From Vitrella brassicaformis CCMP3155 (lineage: Eukaryota > Protista > Chromerida), in the NCBI GenBank assembly GCA_001179505.1, contig CDMY01000347.1, positions 310,001 through 374,000 on the forward strand: DNA of 64,000 bases, read 5' to 3'. This document shows, piece after piece, positions 37,124-49,958 of the stretch. The notes beneath the pieces were generated by a model. The model was not told the DNA's origin. It saw only the letters and a program-made list of their open reading frames with translations, and made no database searches. Within the stretch, counting starts at the first letter, position 1, and every line of letters starts with the position of its first letter. The position numbers and the translations under genes were made by a program.

Positions 37124-37900
37124 CCACCGTCGGCCCGGGCCTTGCCTATCTTATTCATATGCTGTGGGTGCGTCCTGACAATATTCCCCAGCGTCATGGC
37201 GAGTAGCGTCATGGGTCTCGATGTGCCGTGTGTGTGTGTGTGTGGGCGCATTGAGACCAAACCGTGTGGGCGGCACGATATAAGGCCCTTCGTTCGGTAA
37301 TCAATCCATCATCTTTCACCATAGATAGCATCACACAACAGGTATACAGGTCGATCGCACACAACAGCACACACAGTACAGAAGAAGAGGTCCGACGATT
37401 CATTGATTACACATGTAAGTACACACATGCTCACTCGCCCCGGCACACACATAGTGACTGACACAGACATACATGTCGTCTGTCTGCAGCGGAGGGAGCA
37501 AAAAATGCCTACAACGAGCGCACTTCTGCCTTCTCTTGCCAATCTGACTGCATGACCCCTTTCCCGCCATCCCCTGCCGCTGCTGCTGCTGCTGCTGGTG
37601 AAGACAACACGAAGTCTTGCTAAGTTACGCAGGCAGGCACATGTCAGTCAGTCAATGCACAGACAACGCGATCGACGACAGAAAAAGTGTATAGAAGCAA
37701 GTACGCATCCCTTCACGCCGCTGGTCGGTCGGGTGTCTGTCTGTCTGTCTGTCTAATTGATCGGTCGGCACACACAGCTGTCGAGACAGAGACATAGAGA
37801 GGAAAGAGAGAGGGACAAATACCCGTTGTACACTCACACACCGCACCAGGGGAACATCAGTCTGTCTGCCCGGCCAAGAACAACACACTCACTCACTTAG

Positions 37901-40900
37901 CTATCTTGGTACGCCGTCGCCCCCCTCTCCCATGGTGACACTCACAATCGCCTGCTTAGACTGCCGCGGGGGCCTGCCCGCCCCGCCCTGTGCAGCCATC
38001 TGCAGCTGCGTGAAGGCACCCCCACCACCACCACCAGCAGCAGCAGACCCCTGCTCCTCACCACTCTGCTGCTGTTGCTGCTGCTGGTACTGCTGGTGCT
38101 GGTGCTGTCTGGCGAGCTGCATCTGCAGCTGCTGGGAGAAGCCATGCATCAGCGACATCGGCGGCCCCCCTGCGGCGGCGTGGGGGTGCGTCGGGACGTG
38201 CACCGTCTGCTGCTGGTGCTGCTGCTGGTGGTGGTGCGCAGGGTGGGTGTGGTAGGGGCCGCCCAGGTGCAGCTCTGGGGTGAGTGTGTCTGGCGAGGAC
38301 CGGTGTGGCAGCTGCGGGAGGGGCAGCCGGGCGTGGGGCCGCGCGTGTGCGTGTGTGGGGTTCGGGGTGCCGGCGGGGGTGCGGTAGCAAACGGACAGCA
38401 GCTCGCTGAACGACTTGTCGATGCACCTGCACACACACATGACACGCGAGCGACACACGAATAAATGGGCCTCTGCCTTTGTGTCTGTGTGTGCGTCGCC
38501 GAGCGCACCGTTTGATGTCGGCGTATGAGAGGACGAGCAACGCTGAGCCGTCGCGGCTCATCAGCAGAATCCGCTCACGCACACCCACGTCAACCTGCAC
38601 ACACACACATGAGACGACACTCCTGTGTGCGCGCCGCAGCGCCACAGCGGCGTTCTTTCGTGTGCCGCCTGTCTGTTTGTCTGCCTTAGTTACTTTCGCC
38701 AGTGAGTCTGCGATGTGTCCGATGTCGAGGACCGGGCGGCTTTCCTCGTCTACTTGGTGAAACAAGTAATCCCTGATCGATTCATTCGTAGACACATTAA
38801 TACGGTGACTGACCACACAGAAGGCCATTAATTCCGCGTGCATCTGTGTGTGTGTACCTGAACAGTTTGACGACGTATCTGTCCCCGGTTTCCGCCCAGT
38901 TGTGGTCACTGCCACACGACGGACGGTCCACGATGCTGCCGATCTTGCTCAGCAACCTGACACACAGACACACAGACAGACAGACACACAGACAGACAAC
39001 AACACACACATGAGTGGATCCATCGACAGCCCACTCTGGTTAGGTACCTGACGAGCCTGCCATTGTCGACCTCCTTCTTAAGCTCCTCCTCGAAGCAGTC
39101 TGAACACACAGACAAAGAGACAGAGGGACAGAGGGAGGGATAGGACATACACTCTGTGTGTGAGTCGGTGTGTGTGGGATGGTTGGTTGGTCGCTTGCTG
39201 ACCTCCGACGTGGAGAGCAGCTTCCATCTGAGTGGCGATTCGGCCGCTGATCGCACCGGCAATGTCGTGCACACTCGGATACGCACCCACTCAACACACA
39301 CACACACACACACACAAGACGAGAGACGGATGAGGCAGCACGGCCGTCTGTTGCTGTGCGAGCGGGTCACATCGCACCAGGTTTGGAGAGGAGCATGACG
39401 ACCAGGTTTCTGAGTTCCATCGAGAGGTCCATCTTCATAAAAATCTGGTCCATCGTCTTGGGAATGTCGGCCAACACCTACAGCACACAACACGACACAC
39501 ACCATAATGCGCCCCTGTCTCGTTGTTTGCGCCATGATGGATACCTCCAGTGTGCCGCATGCGAGAGCGAGTACGAGTCTTCCCAGCGATATGAGGTCCT
39601 GCATCTGGTAGTCGCGCACACTGCGGGAGGGATCCACCTTCAACGCATCCAACAGGCCCACGCAGTTCAGCCGCACACGGTTCCTGCACACACACCGGGA
39701 CACACACAGGGAAGGATCCCTCTCTCTGTGTGTCTGTATGGGTGTGGTGGTGTGGTGTGTTTGCCTGTATGACACGAGTATCTTGGTGGGGTCGATAACC
39801 CGTGCCGCCATGCCCGCTGCGTGGATGTGCCGCAGCGCCAGCACGATCTGCACAATGTAGCTCCACAGCACGCCTTCACGCACAGGACCCTGCCCCTGCA
39901 ACACAACCAAACCATCACCACCGCTTTCCTTACACACACACGCTCCCGCGAGTACCTGGAAGTGGCAGGCCTCCATGGTAGCGGCGTTCGCGTGGTAGTC
40001 GTACACAAACACGAGGCTGCCCCCCTCGGTGGACAGGGACCGTGGTATGTGCGACGGCTGTGCGGAGCCGTTGGAGCTCTGCCGCCTACTGAGTGAGTGC
40101 TCCCTGTCCCGCTGGTACGTGAAGAAGTCCTGCGTGGCGAAGGCCTGGCGGATGGCCACTACCGACGGATGGGGCGGCAGGCGGGACCAACGCTCCAACG
40201 CACTCTGCAGACACGCACACCACAGGCATGCACAGAGGCGGCCGGCATATGATGCTGATGACGGTGGGGGCGAGGGGGCACCTCACCTGTGCCAGGTCGA
40301 AGTTGGTCAGTCTGAAGCCGTCGACACGTCTTAGCGCATAGGCTGGGATGTCCTCAGTGCACAGGGCCTGCAGCCAGCCGAGACACTCATGTATAAGGGT
40401 CTCAGGGGTAGGTATCTATCGTATGTATCTGTCTGTCTGTCTGTGTTGTTCATGCCTCCCTTAATGGCATGGCCGACCTTGAACACATAAGTGGGGTAGC
40501 CGCAGAACCGGGCCGTGTGGGGCTTGCTGCGATCGTCAAGCAGACACAGATTGTAGTACTTTCCCTGATGGATTGATAGATCCAAGCAACACATGTTGGT
40601 TGATGCGCCACTTCTCTCTGCTGCCTGCCTGCCTGCCTGCCTGTCTGACCTGCACGAGTGGCGGGACGCTGTCCGGCTCGCTGTCCACCTCGCAGCTGCT
40701 GCCGTCGGGCGCACTCGGAGCGTCGCCCAGGTCACGGCTGGTCAACAACATACACGCCTTCTGCTCGTGATACTCACGACGCAGCCCTGCACCCGCATAA
40801 AGATCGTCCGTATCGTCTCAGGACTGATCTTGCCATTCTCACTCACTCGCTCACCGGCGTCAGTGCCGAAGTAGAAGGGGTTGTTCGCCTGCTCAGCCTC

Positions 40901-43056
40901 CATGATGGCCGTCACGTTAGGCACAGCCATGGGCACCACACCAGGAGGCAGATGCGATGGCCGATACATCACACCACCAACACCCCCCACACCCACACCC
41001 CCGTTCACGTCTTCCATCCCCCCTGGCATGCCCGCAGGCACCGGCATAAGCCACGATGAGACGGGCGGTGGCCCGGGAGGGGGGCGGGGAGGGGCCGGCG
41101 CACCCCCAGACGAACCCACAGGCCGATACATGGGTGGGGCTGATGTCGGCTGCTGCTGTTGCTGCTGTTGCTGGGCGGCGGGGTTGCCGAGGATGGAGTG
41201 GAGTCTTCTCATGTAGTCGGCATCGCTGCCTCGCTGCGCCGCATCTGTGGCAGTCTCATCGGCCGCCAGAAAGGCGCGCTGCAGGGAGGTGAAGGGCGGG
41301 CCGGGGCCGCCTGCAGCTGCACTCGACTGATACGCAGACGAATGCTGACAGCAGAGCAAGGGAACCAAACCAGCATGACGCAGAGACACAGTCACAAGTA
41401 CTAGCGCCCTTTCCGCACCTCAGCAGAAGCATCGCCCTGCGGCTGGTCCGGCGCCCCGTTGGCTGCGAGAGGGGGGGAGGCCAGGTGTGCCATGGGGAAC
41501 TGCATCATGCCTCCCCCGCCGCTGACAGGCCGCAGAGTGACGGTCGATCCGTCGCTCGAGGTGTGGCTGCCGCCATAGCCGTTGATGCCCTCGTTGGCCG
41601 CCGTGCTGCACGTGGTGCTCGTGCCCACCGTGCTCAGCGCGTCAGCACTGGAAACGAATCCCCTGCTGAAACTCGGTAAATGGCCGCCAGCTATGACGCC
41701 GTAGTCCTCGGCACCGCCAGCAGCAGACTGACCGGCCTGGAGCTGCTGCTGAAGCGAGAGCTTGAAGGGCTGCTGGGACTGCTGCTCCGCTTCACCGCCA
41801 CTTCTCAGCGCTCTCGGGACAAACGGTTCCGCTGCGGCCGCACTGAGAGCCATTGGCACACCACCTCTGGCGCGCGACGGGCCGATCACTGTGATGCCTG
41901 AGCCAGACGACAGCGTCGAGGAGGTGGGGGGCGGGGAGGCGGCCAGCCGATGGCCCGCCTCCGCCGTGTGGATGGGGGCGGCGACCTTGGGCTCTCCCAC
42001 GGCAGCAATCGAGGGGTCGAACCATGGGAGGGCCGGCTCGCTTGGGGAGGGGGGAGGGGGCTCGGGGGCCTTGGGGGGCGGTGGGGGGATGCCAGACACC
42101 CTTATCGGCGGGTTGAACGGCTGCGCTGCTGCCGTGAAGGTGAACTTGCCACCGTCTGCTGGTTTGCTGCTGTCGGCTTTGGTTGGCCCCGACTTGAGAT
42201 TGGCGAGCAGCTGTGCGAGCGCCTCGTTGGCTTCGCTGGTCGATGATGAGGAGAGGGGGGGCGAGGGGGACGGCGATGGGCCAGGAGGGCCCCTACCGCC
42301 ATCTGTTGGTGACGACGACGACGCTCTCACCGTCTGGGGGGCCTCAGGGGATGACGACGCCTCATCCGCATCGTCATGTGGCTGTCTGCTGCAGGTGGGC
42401 TGCCCATCGGCCGATGGCGCCTCGGCCTCGTCAGACTCTGGCGTGTTGGATTTCCTCTCCTCGTTGCTGACAGCATCCTTCCTCGACCGGCGGCCGAGCG
42501 GGCTGGAGGGCGACGTGGAGGAGCTGGTGGACGGCGGGGCGCTGCGATTCTCCTGCTCGCTCTGCGCTGCTCCTCTGGGCGGCGATGACAGCTGTATCGA
42601 CCGCACTGGGATGATCTCACGCCCGTGATGCCGACCCTTGCCGCCCTCAGAAGGCGGCGCGGACCGCGGCGTCAGCCCGCCACCCTTCTTTGTCTTGGGG
42701 GTCACGTGCTGGTTGCTGTCCGATGCCTCCCTGCCATCACTTGCCGACGAGAGGGACAGCTGCGGGCGGTCTTTGGTCAGGGCCGAGCCTGGTGTGGACG
42801 GGAGGGAGGCGGACGGCGCCCCTTTGGCGGACGATGAGAGCTTAAGCGTTGCGGTGGCGGGACGACTGTTGGGGGATGGGGCGGGGCCTGAAGCTGCTGC
42901 TGCTGCTGCCTGCTTGTTCTTCATCAACAACTGAAGGATGGTGCTCGCTGGCGGCGGCGGCGGCGGCTGATGCTGCTGCTGATGCTGATGCGCAAGCGCG
43001 ATTGTCTCGAGGAATGTCAGTGTCGGCAGGCTACGGGGAGAAGACCCTATCGGCAT
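37901..43056 (-). CDS. PAN3: PAN2-PAN3 deadenylation complex subunit PAN3 (long disordered N-terminus, pseudokinase, knob domain); multi-exon
   Basis: [123 protein letters not shown]...LVLSYADIK. The 41401-43056 ORF joins as the first coding exon via a GAG|GTGCGG donor. Confidence 0.9.
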
Positions 43057-43597
43057 CAGCAGTCGTCAGGGAATGCATGCACCGGCCGGGAATGACGCAG
43101 GCTACTACAGGGAGGGATATACAAGATGGCCGGCTGGTCGGGCTGGTCAAGGCTTCATTGAACTAGACAGTACAGGCACGTCGATGGATGAATGGCGCCT
43201 TCCTACGCCGCTTCCCCTGACACACACGCACACACGGAGAGAAGAAAGATTAGTCGAGTACATCAATTCAAACATGCTGCTGTGCTGCTGCCTGTGCGGC
43301 TGTGCGCGTGTTCATCGTCACACTATCTGCTCTTGTCAGTCAATGTCTGTCTGTCAGATTGTCTGCCTGCCTGTCTGTCTGTCTGTTCTCTTCACACGAA
43401 GCACGCCCTTGACTGCTTGCGTACGATCAAGGGCGGCAACACCGACTGCTCACTGATTCCATCACCGTGCTTCATCGTCACATGTGCGGCCGTACCATAT
43501 GAACAGCTCCGAAGAAGAAGTAGACAGACTATCGAACAAGGAATCAAACGCCACAAACCTCCTCCGCCTTCCCCGCCCTCTCAGCACGAAAGCAGGA

Positions 43598-43616
43598 AAG
43601 CTCGCATTGCGAGCTT
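43598..43616. promoter_or_regulatory. Perfect 19-bp palindrome AAGCTCGCA-T-TGCGAGCTT; candidate transcription-factor site
   Basis: Two inverted copies of AAGCTCGCA, about 100 nt upstream of the ankyrin gene ATG. The same motif recurs in other divergent spacers. Confidence 0.5.
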
Positions 43617-43716
43617 AGCCTCGAGTTTGTCCGCAGGAAGAAGGCTGCAGTGCTTCATCTTGGCCTGCTCACGAGTTCTTTCTAGGCGGCTTTCAAAAGG
43701 AAAGCATCGATCGTAT

Positions 43717-45153
43717 ATGGCGAGAGTCGAGGCGGCCTCGCCAGCTGGCGCCCCAGACAGTGAGGAGGCCAGGCCGTGCGCCAGCGAGGCTCTCCTGTTT
43801 GCACTGAAGGAGACCGACGAGTGCATGCGGGACAGATTGGCTATGCTTCTCGACGAAGACCCCATCACCATTCAGGTGGGCTCGGGAGGCTCTGGCTGGA
43901 TTCAACTTGCTGTCACACGGCTTTTGTGTTTATTGTCAGGACATTGAGAACACGGGTTCAGCGCTGCTTGATGCAAGCAAGGCCAGGGATGCGCCAGAGA
44001 TCAGACGGTCGGTGAGCGTATGGCTGGCGATGAAGGAAAGGCAGTCGGTGCATGTCCCAGCTGCTGTGTTCTCTCTTGTCAGCATCATGCGTAGTGCGCT
44101 ACCAGGGGATGTGTTGAAGTGGCACATTGACGAGGCGCTGAAGACGGCTTTACGAAATGCTGACCTGCAGTCGGTAGGTCATTCAGTCGCTAGGTCTGTC
44201 TGTGGTATTGTTGTGTTGTCAGGTGCGTGTGTTGTGCGAGTTGGGGATGACCAAGACGTTCACGACACTTGCCATGGCGCCGATATACCTGGCCCTCTCA
44301 TGCACAGAGGTTTGCACCGATGAATGCGACTCGACTGGCCAGACGAGGGAGGGAGGCAATCGAATCGACTTTGCTGTGTGTCACATCCATGTCATCCAGG
44401 AGAGTTTCGCCGAGACAGCTGGTCTCCTCCGATGGCTCATTGTCGGACTGGGAGTCAATGTCGACGCTCCGGTAGGCAAAATGGGTGGGACACACGCCCC
44501 CGGCCTACATGCGTTGTGCGTTGGTGCAGTACAAGGCCCCCAAGGGTAGCGGGAAGGAGGACAGCGGTCACTCAGTGGCTGCTGGGGTGGTCCCTGGTGA
44601 TGGCTGGACAGCTCTGTGTGTGGCGTGCCATCGCCTTCTGCCGCCTCTTTGCCACCTATTGCTGCAGCTCGGTAGGCGCGCCCACTCCAGCAAATGTGTA
44701 GGTCAGGTCTCTCGCTCAGCTCATCCATGTGTGTCCTTTTCCGTCGTGCCCTCCCCTGCAGGCGCTGATCCAAACTCTGTCGGCCGGGATGGTCGTATGC
44801 CCCTGTCCATAGCAGAATCGGCACCCACACCTGACACTGACACAAGCATCCCCCCAACAGCCCGCAGGCTTCCCCGAGGCGCCTCGCTGTGTGAGAGCAC
44901 CTATGGGCCCTCCGTCGGTGTCAATCTGCCAGCAACAACATTCCCAGCGGTGGCTGAGCAGCGGGCAGGTGATCAGCGCGAAAACGGCACACGGCTGGCT
45001 GCCAAGGGGGAGGAGCGCAAGGCAGAGGGTGAGGAGCCTTTCATGGCTCCGAGTGTGTCGGAGTCGAAGCGGCTGATCGTGGCGATGCTGCGGCAGAGGG
45101 GTGCAATGAGGGACTGGCGACAGATGCTGAGAAGAGATCAGGGAAGGCAGTGA
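43717..45153 (+). CDS. Ankyrin-repeat protein; multi-exon
   Basis: Ankyrin-like segments ALKTALRNADLQS-VRVLCELG, LIVGLGVNVDAP, GWTALCVAC...LCHLLLQL-GADPNSVGRDGRMPLSIA and IVAMLRQRGA. Confidence 0.7.
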
Positions 45154-45699
45154 GGATGATGGGGTGCGCCAGTGATGGGATGGTGTGAGGGAGTGACGTA
45201 CAGCGCATGGGTTACCGCACATGCATGAAATACCTGTCCATGAGTGGATGGATGCAATTGGATGGATGGATGGATGAACCAATGTGCTTGCAATTAGGCA
45301 AATGTTGAAGACGCGGTCACGTATTGAATCAGTGTCGTCATGTCGATCAGGACACCACACGTCACTCTCACTTCCCCCCCGCCCATACGGCCCATCTGAA
45401 AAACCGCTGACATGGCCGCGCTGCCTATTGGATCCCGCATTTTTCAATAGCAGTGTCTCGTTCTATGACATGTGCTGGGTGAGCGTGATTTCCCCCGACA
45501 GACACCCGGCAGACAGACGGACAGGCAGAGCAAGATGCGGGTGACAGACTGATACACAGAAAATCTTGTGGGTGGATGGCCGGACGGATGCGTGGGACCA
45601 ACCAAACCGTAAGTATACTGAATGTACTGAATGATGGATAAAGTAAGCCATGAGAGAGTGGTTGATCAGCAAAGCATGTATACGTCTCTTCGTCTCCCC

Positions 45700-45999
45700 N
45701 NNNNNNNNNNNNNNNNNNNNNNNNNNNNNNNNNNNNNNNNNNNNNNNNNNNNNNNNNNNNNNNNNNNNNNNNNNNNNNNNNNNNNNNNNNNNNNNNNNNN
45801 NNNNNNNNNNNNNNNNNNNNNNNNNNNNNNNNNNNNNNNNNNNNNNNNNNNNNNNNNNNNNNNNNNNNNNNNNNNNNNNNNNNNNNNNNNNNNNNNNNNN
45901 NNNNNNNNNNNNNNNNNNNNNNNNNNNNNNNNNNNNNNNNNNNNNNNNNNNNNNNNNNNNNNNNNNNNNNNNNNNNNNNNNNNNNNNNNNNNNNNNNNN
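45700..45999. other. Assembly gap (300 N)
   Basis: Run of N. Confidence 1.
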
Positions 46000-46278
46000 C
46001 CCTCCCCCCACTTACACACACGCGCATAAAGCGAGAGAAGTGAATAAACGGAAATAGCAGATATAAAACGTAGGCAGCGATAGCCAGACTGGCTGCCTGG
46101 CGATTGCATCGATTGCATGAGGCAGCTGCACAGACACACATGACTTGTCACTTGTCAGGCGACACACAGACAGTCCCCCCTTAGCACTGCAGACATCCAC
46201 ACAACACGGCACGACAGGCTAAAGAGTTCCCCTCCAGAAAATACACGACAATGCCCTCCTCCCCCCCCTCGCGACCCT

Positions 46279-47538
46279 TCACCGACAGCAGCGGAAGGGC
46301 CACCTCCGTACAACACGCCGACCGTCGTCTTTGTCCTCCTCCTCCTCTTCATCCTCCTCCACCACCCTGGCCGCTGGCGCCTTCGGAGAGCATCTGGCCA
46401 TCCTAATGTAGGGGTGGGGCGGCGGTGGCGGTGAGCGCCACTGGTAGTTGGGCGGTGGTGCGGCAGCTGCAGCCCACGGGCGTTTCGTAGCCGGGCCAAC
46501 AGGGGGTGCTTTGAAGCCCTCGGGCCTCGTCACACGAGACCTGTCGGCAGCTCCCCGCTCAACGCCGTTGGTGGGGGATCTAGACGGCTCGGCCTTGTCC
46601 TCGGCGGATGCACCCTTGCGCTTGGTGCCTTGGGCGGTGGGGGGCGGCTTGGCCGGGCTCGGCGCTGCCGCGGCAGCGGCTTTCTTGGCCTCCTCCTTCC
46701 TTTTCCTCTCTCTCTGCATTATGGCCAGAGCACACAGACATCAAAAGTGAGAGAGGTTCGGGTGGGGCGCTTCAGTGTCTCATTGGTCTCAGTCCTACGC
46801 ACCTCCGCCAACAAGGCCTGCGCCTTACGAATCTCGGCCTCCCTCCATTCGCGCGTCTCCCGCGCAGTGGCCGCCTGAACAACAGACGATAACCGAATAC
46901 AAAGACAGAGACACCAAGTGATATGCCCAGTGGGGAGGAGAATCTTTTGCCAGACTCACCGCCTCCGGAGACTCTTGCCACTCACGAAAAGTCCGGTACC
47001 CGTATGGGCATGGGCCATCCCGCTGCTGAAGACAGCAAGGAAGACGTACATCCGTTGGCTCATTCCGAAGGCGCACGACACTCGTCTGTCTCTCTCTCTT
47101 ACCCTGCCGTCGCTTGCAGCCCCCCCACCAGAGAGACCCGTAAGGGCCTCGTGGGCCTCGGAGATGGCCTGAAAGGCCGCCTTGTCCCCACCCTTGTCTG
47201 GGTGGTTGGCCTGCACAGACATCCACACGAAAGACAAAAAGAGAGAGAGGGAGAGAGAGGAGAGTGAAGCAGGCTGTTTCTGCGGTGTTAGTGGGCCCCT
47301 CTGGATGTGTCAGTGCAAAAGGCTTCTGCACTCTGCTGACTGGCGCTCCTGCACTCATGCTGCCCTGCTGGTGCCTTGCTGGTGCCCCCCTGGTGCCTCG
47401 CTGATCCCCTCTCCTTCTCCAGAGTGACCACTCGCTTACCAGAGCAAGCCGGCGGTACGCGGCCTTGATCTGCCCCTAGGAGGCACTCGGCGGTACACCC
47501 AGCCTCGCATAATGACCTCGACGGTCTCGCTCAGCCAT
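46279..47538 (-). pseudogene. J-domain (DnaJ class C) gene copy A, with an in-frame TAG at codon 21 and otherwise open
   Basis: MAERDRRGHYARLGVPPSAS*GQIKAAYRRLAL | ANHPDKGGDKAAFQAISEAHEAL | QRDGPCPYGYRTFREWQESPEA | AATARETREWREAEIRKAQALLAE | RERKRKEEAKK...WPFRCCR*. The TAG is at 47476-47478. Confidence 0.75.
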
Positions 47539-48204
47539 CTTTCACACGAATCTCAAGACGAACATGCACACTTGCTACGCGTGGGTAGCCGACACGTAGA
47601 AAGCGGCCGTGCATGCAATTGCGTGCATGTCTCTCAGCAGTATCTTGGCGAGAGGCAGGTGGTGAACCAGGAGAGCGGCTTCAGCCACGAGAATCCCCCC
47701 TCCTTCTTGTCGACATCCTGCACGTTCACAAGCACAGCGGCCGAGAGAGAACGACACACATGACTGCTTGCCGTGTGTGGCGCGTGTGAAGGCGGTCGCG
47801 TGTGTTTGTGGGCGACACTATTCTTTACCTTGATGAATGTCTTTCAGCGGTATACAGGGGCAATGAGCCGACAGAAGTTGTCCCAGTTGACGGAACGCCG
47901 CCACAGTGAGGTCGCTTCTGGCCGAAAAAATGGAACGCAATCTTGAACGTCTGTGTGAGGACGTCAGGGCACACGGATATAAACGGACGCATGGGTGTCT
48001 CCCTCTGTGGCTTACGAAGTGCTTTTGTGTGCCGTTGTGCTGTCTGATAGTCGTGGTGACGGCCGCAAACTCTGCCTGCGACGCGTGGCTCGTGCGGCCC
48101 TTGCTTCTCCGCTTCACCCTGCGCACACAAACACCACACATGCCCTGTGTTGTGTTGTGTTGTGTCTGTTTGTCCGCACGTCGGTGTCTGTTTGTACTTT
48201 GTAT

Positions 48205-48620
48205 TCACCGACAGCAGCGGAAGAGCCACCTCCGTACGACAGGCCGAGGATCGTCTCTGTCCTCCTCCTCTTCATCATCCTCCACCACCCTGGCCGCGGG
48301 CGCCCTCGGAGAGCATCTGGCCATCCAAATGTAGGGGTGGGGCGGCGGTGGCGGTGCGCGCCAGTGGTAGTTGGGCGGTTGGGGGCGGCTTGGCCGGGCT
48401 CGACGCTGCCGCAGCAGCGGCTTTCTTGGCCTCATCCCTCTTCCCCTCTCGCTGCATTATCCAAAACATACACAGACATCAAAAAGAGAAATCTTCGGGT
48501 GGGGACGCTTCTGGGTCTCATTGGTCTCAGTCATACGTACCTCCGCCCACAAGGCCCGCACACGGGAGGCCAGCCGGCCAGCCGCCGCGAGAGGCCGTCC
48601 TAAGTTCACGAACCCCATCA
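48205..48620 (-). pseudogene. J-domain gene copy B: 3' fragment only, with an internal deletion
   Basis: Homologous to the last exon of copy A (KKAAAAAA...PPPPPHPYIW...VVRRWLFRCCR*), with the middle deleted and no J-domain exons. Confidence 0.75.
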
Positions 48621-48725
48621 ACAAGTGATGCGGCGCCCCTCGACGGCATCGCGGCACGACATTAGCTGAAGAGTCCCCCTCCAGAAAATACACGACAATA
48701 CCCTCCTCCCCCCCCTCGCGACCCT

Positions 48726-49958
48726 TCACCGACAGCAGCGGAAGGGCCACCTCCGTACAACACGCCGACCGTCGTCTTTGTCCTCCTCCTCTTCATCCTC
48801 CTCCACCACCCTGGCCGCTGGCGCCTTCGGAGAGCATCTGGCATCCTAATGTAGGGGTGGGGCGGCGGTGGCGGTGGGCGCCACTGGTAGAAGGGCGGTG
48901 GTGCGGCAGCTGCAGCCCACAGGCGTCCTGTAGCCGGGCCAACAGGGGGTGCTTTGAAGCCCTCGGGCCTCGTCACACGAGACCTGTCGGCAGCTCCCCG
49001 ACGGAGGCTGTTAGTGGGCAGTTCAGGCGACTCGCCGTCGTCCTCGGCGGATGCGCCGTTGCGCTGGCTTGCGCGGTGGGGGGCGGCATGGCCGGGCTCG
49101 ACGCTGCCGCGGCAGCGGCTTTCTTGGCCTCCTCCTTCCTTTTCCTCTCTCTCTGCATTATCCAAAACGCACACAGATATCAAAAGTGAGAAAATCTTCG
49201 GGTGGGGCGCTTCAGTGTCTCATTGGTCTCAGTCATACGTACCTCTGCCAACATAGCCCGCAGCTTCGGAAGCTCGGCCTCCTTCTCTTCCCGACACTTC
49301 TGCGCAGTGGCCGCCTGAACAACAGACGATAACCGAAAACAAAGACAGAGACACCAAGTGATATGCCTGGTGGTGAGGAGAAGCTTTGCCAGACTCACCG
49401 CCTCCGGAGGCTCGTACCACTCACGGAAGGTCCTGCACCCATATGGGTACGGGCCATCCCGCTGCTGAAGACAGCAAGGAAGACGTACATCCGTTGGCTC
49501 ATTCCCCAGGAGCACAACACTCGTCTGTCTCTCTCTCTTACCCTGCCGTCGCTTGCAGCCCCCCCACCAGAGAGACCCGTAAGGGCCTCGTGGGCCTCGG
49601 AGATGGCCTGAAAGGCCGCCTCGTCTCCACCCTTGTCCGGGTGGTTGGCCTGCACAGACATCCACACAAAGACAAAGAGAGAGAGAGAGAGAAGCATGCT
49701 GTTTCTGCGGTGCTGGTGGGCCCTTCTGGATGTGTCAGTGCAAAAGGCTTCTGCACTCTGCTGACTGGCGCTCCTGCACCGGGTCCCATGCTGCCTTGCT
49801 GGTGCCTCCCTGGTGCCTCCCTGCTTTCCTCTCCTCCTCCAGAGTGACCATTCGCTTACCAGCGCAAGTCGGCGGTACGCGGCCTTGATCTGCCCCTAGG
49901 TGGCACTCGGCGGCACACCCAGCCTCGCATAATGACCTCGACGGTCTCGCTGAGCCAT
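48726..49958 (-). pseudogene. J-domain gene copy C, with the same in-frame TAG at codon 21 plus frameshifts in the last exon
   Basis: MAQRDRRGHYARLGVPPSAT*GQIKAAYRRLAL | ANHPDKGGDEAAFQ... The TAG is at 49896-49898. The last exon shifts frame relative to copy A near 49060 and 48842. Confidence 0.8.

Noticed and set aside
235-43056. DCP1 and PAN3 (both mRNA decay) in the same window as a functional cluster
   Set aside because: They are about 35 kb apart with many unrelated genes between them, which is compatible with chance.
47476-47478. Genome-wide UAG reassignment as the explanation of the DnaJ in-frame stop
   Set aside because: Other genes here, such as the aquaporin at 54376-54378, terminate with TAG, and no conserved gene shows an internal TAG.
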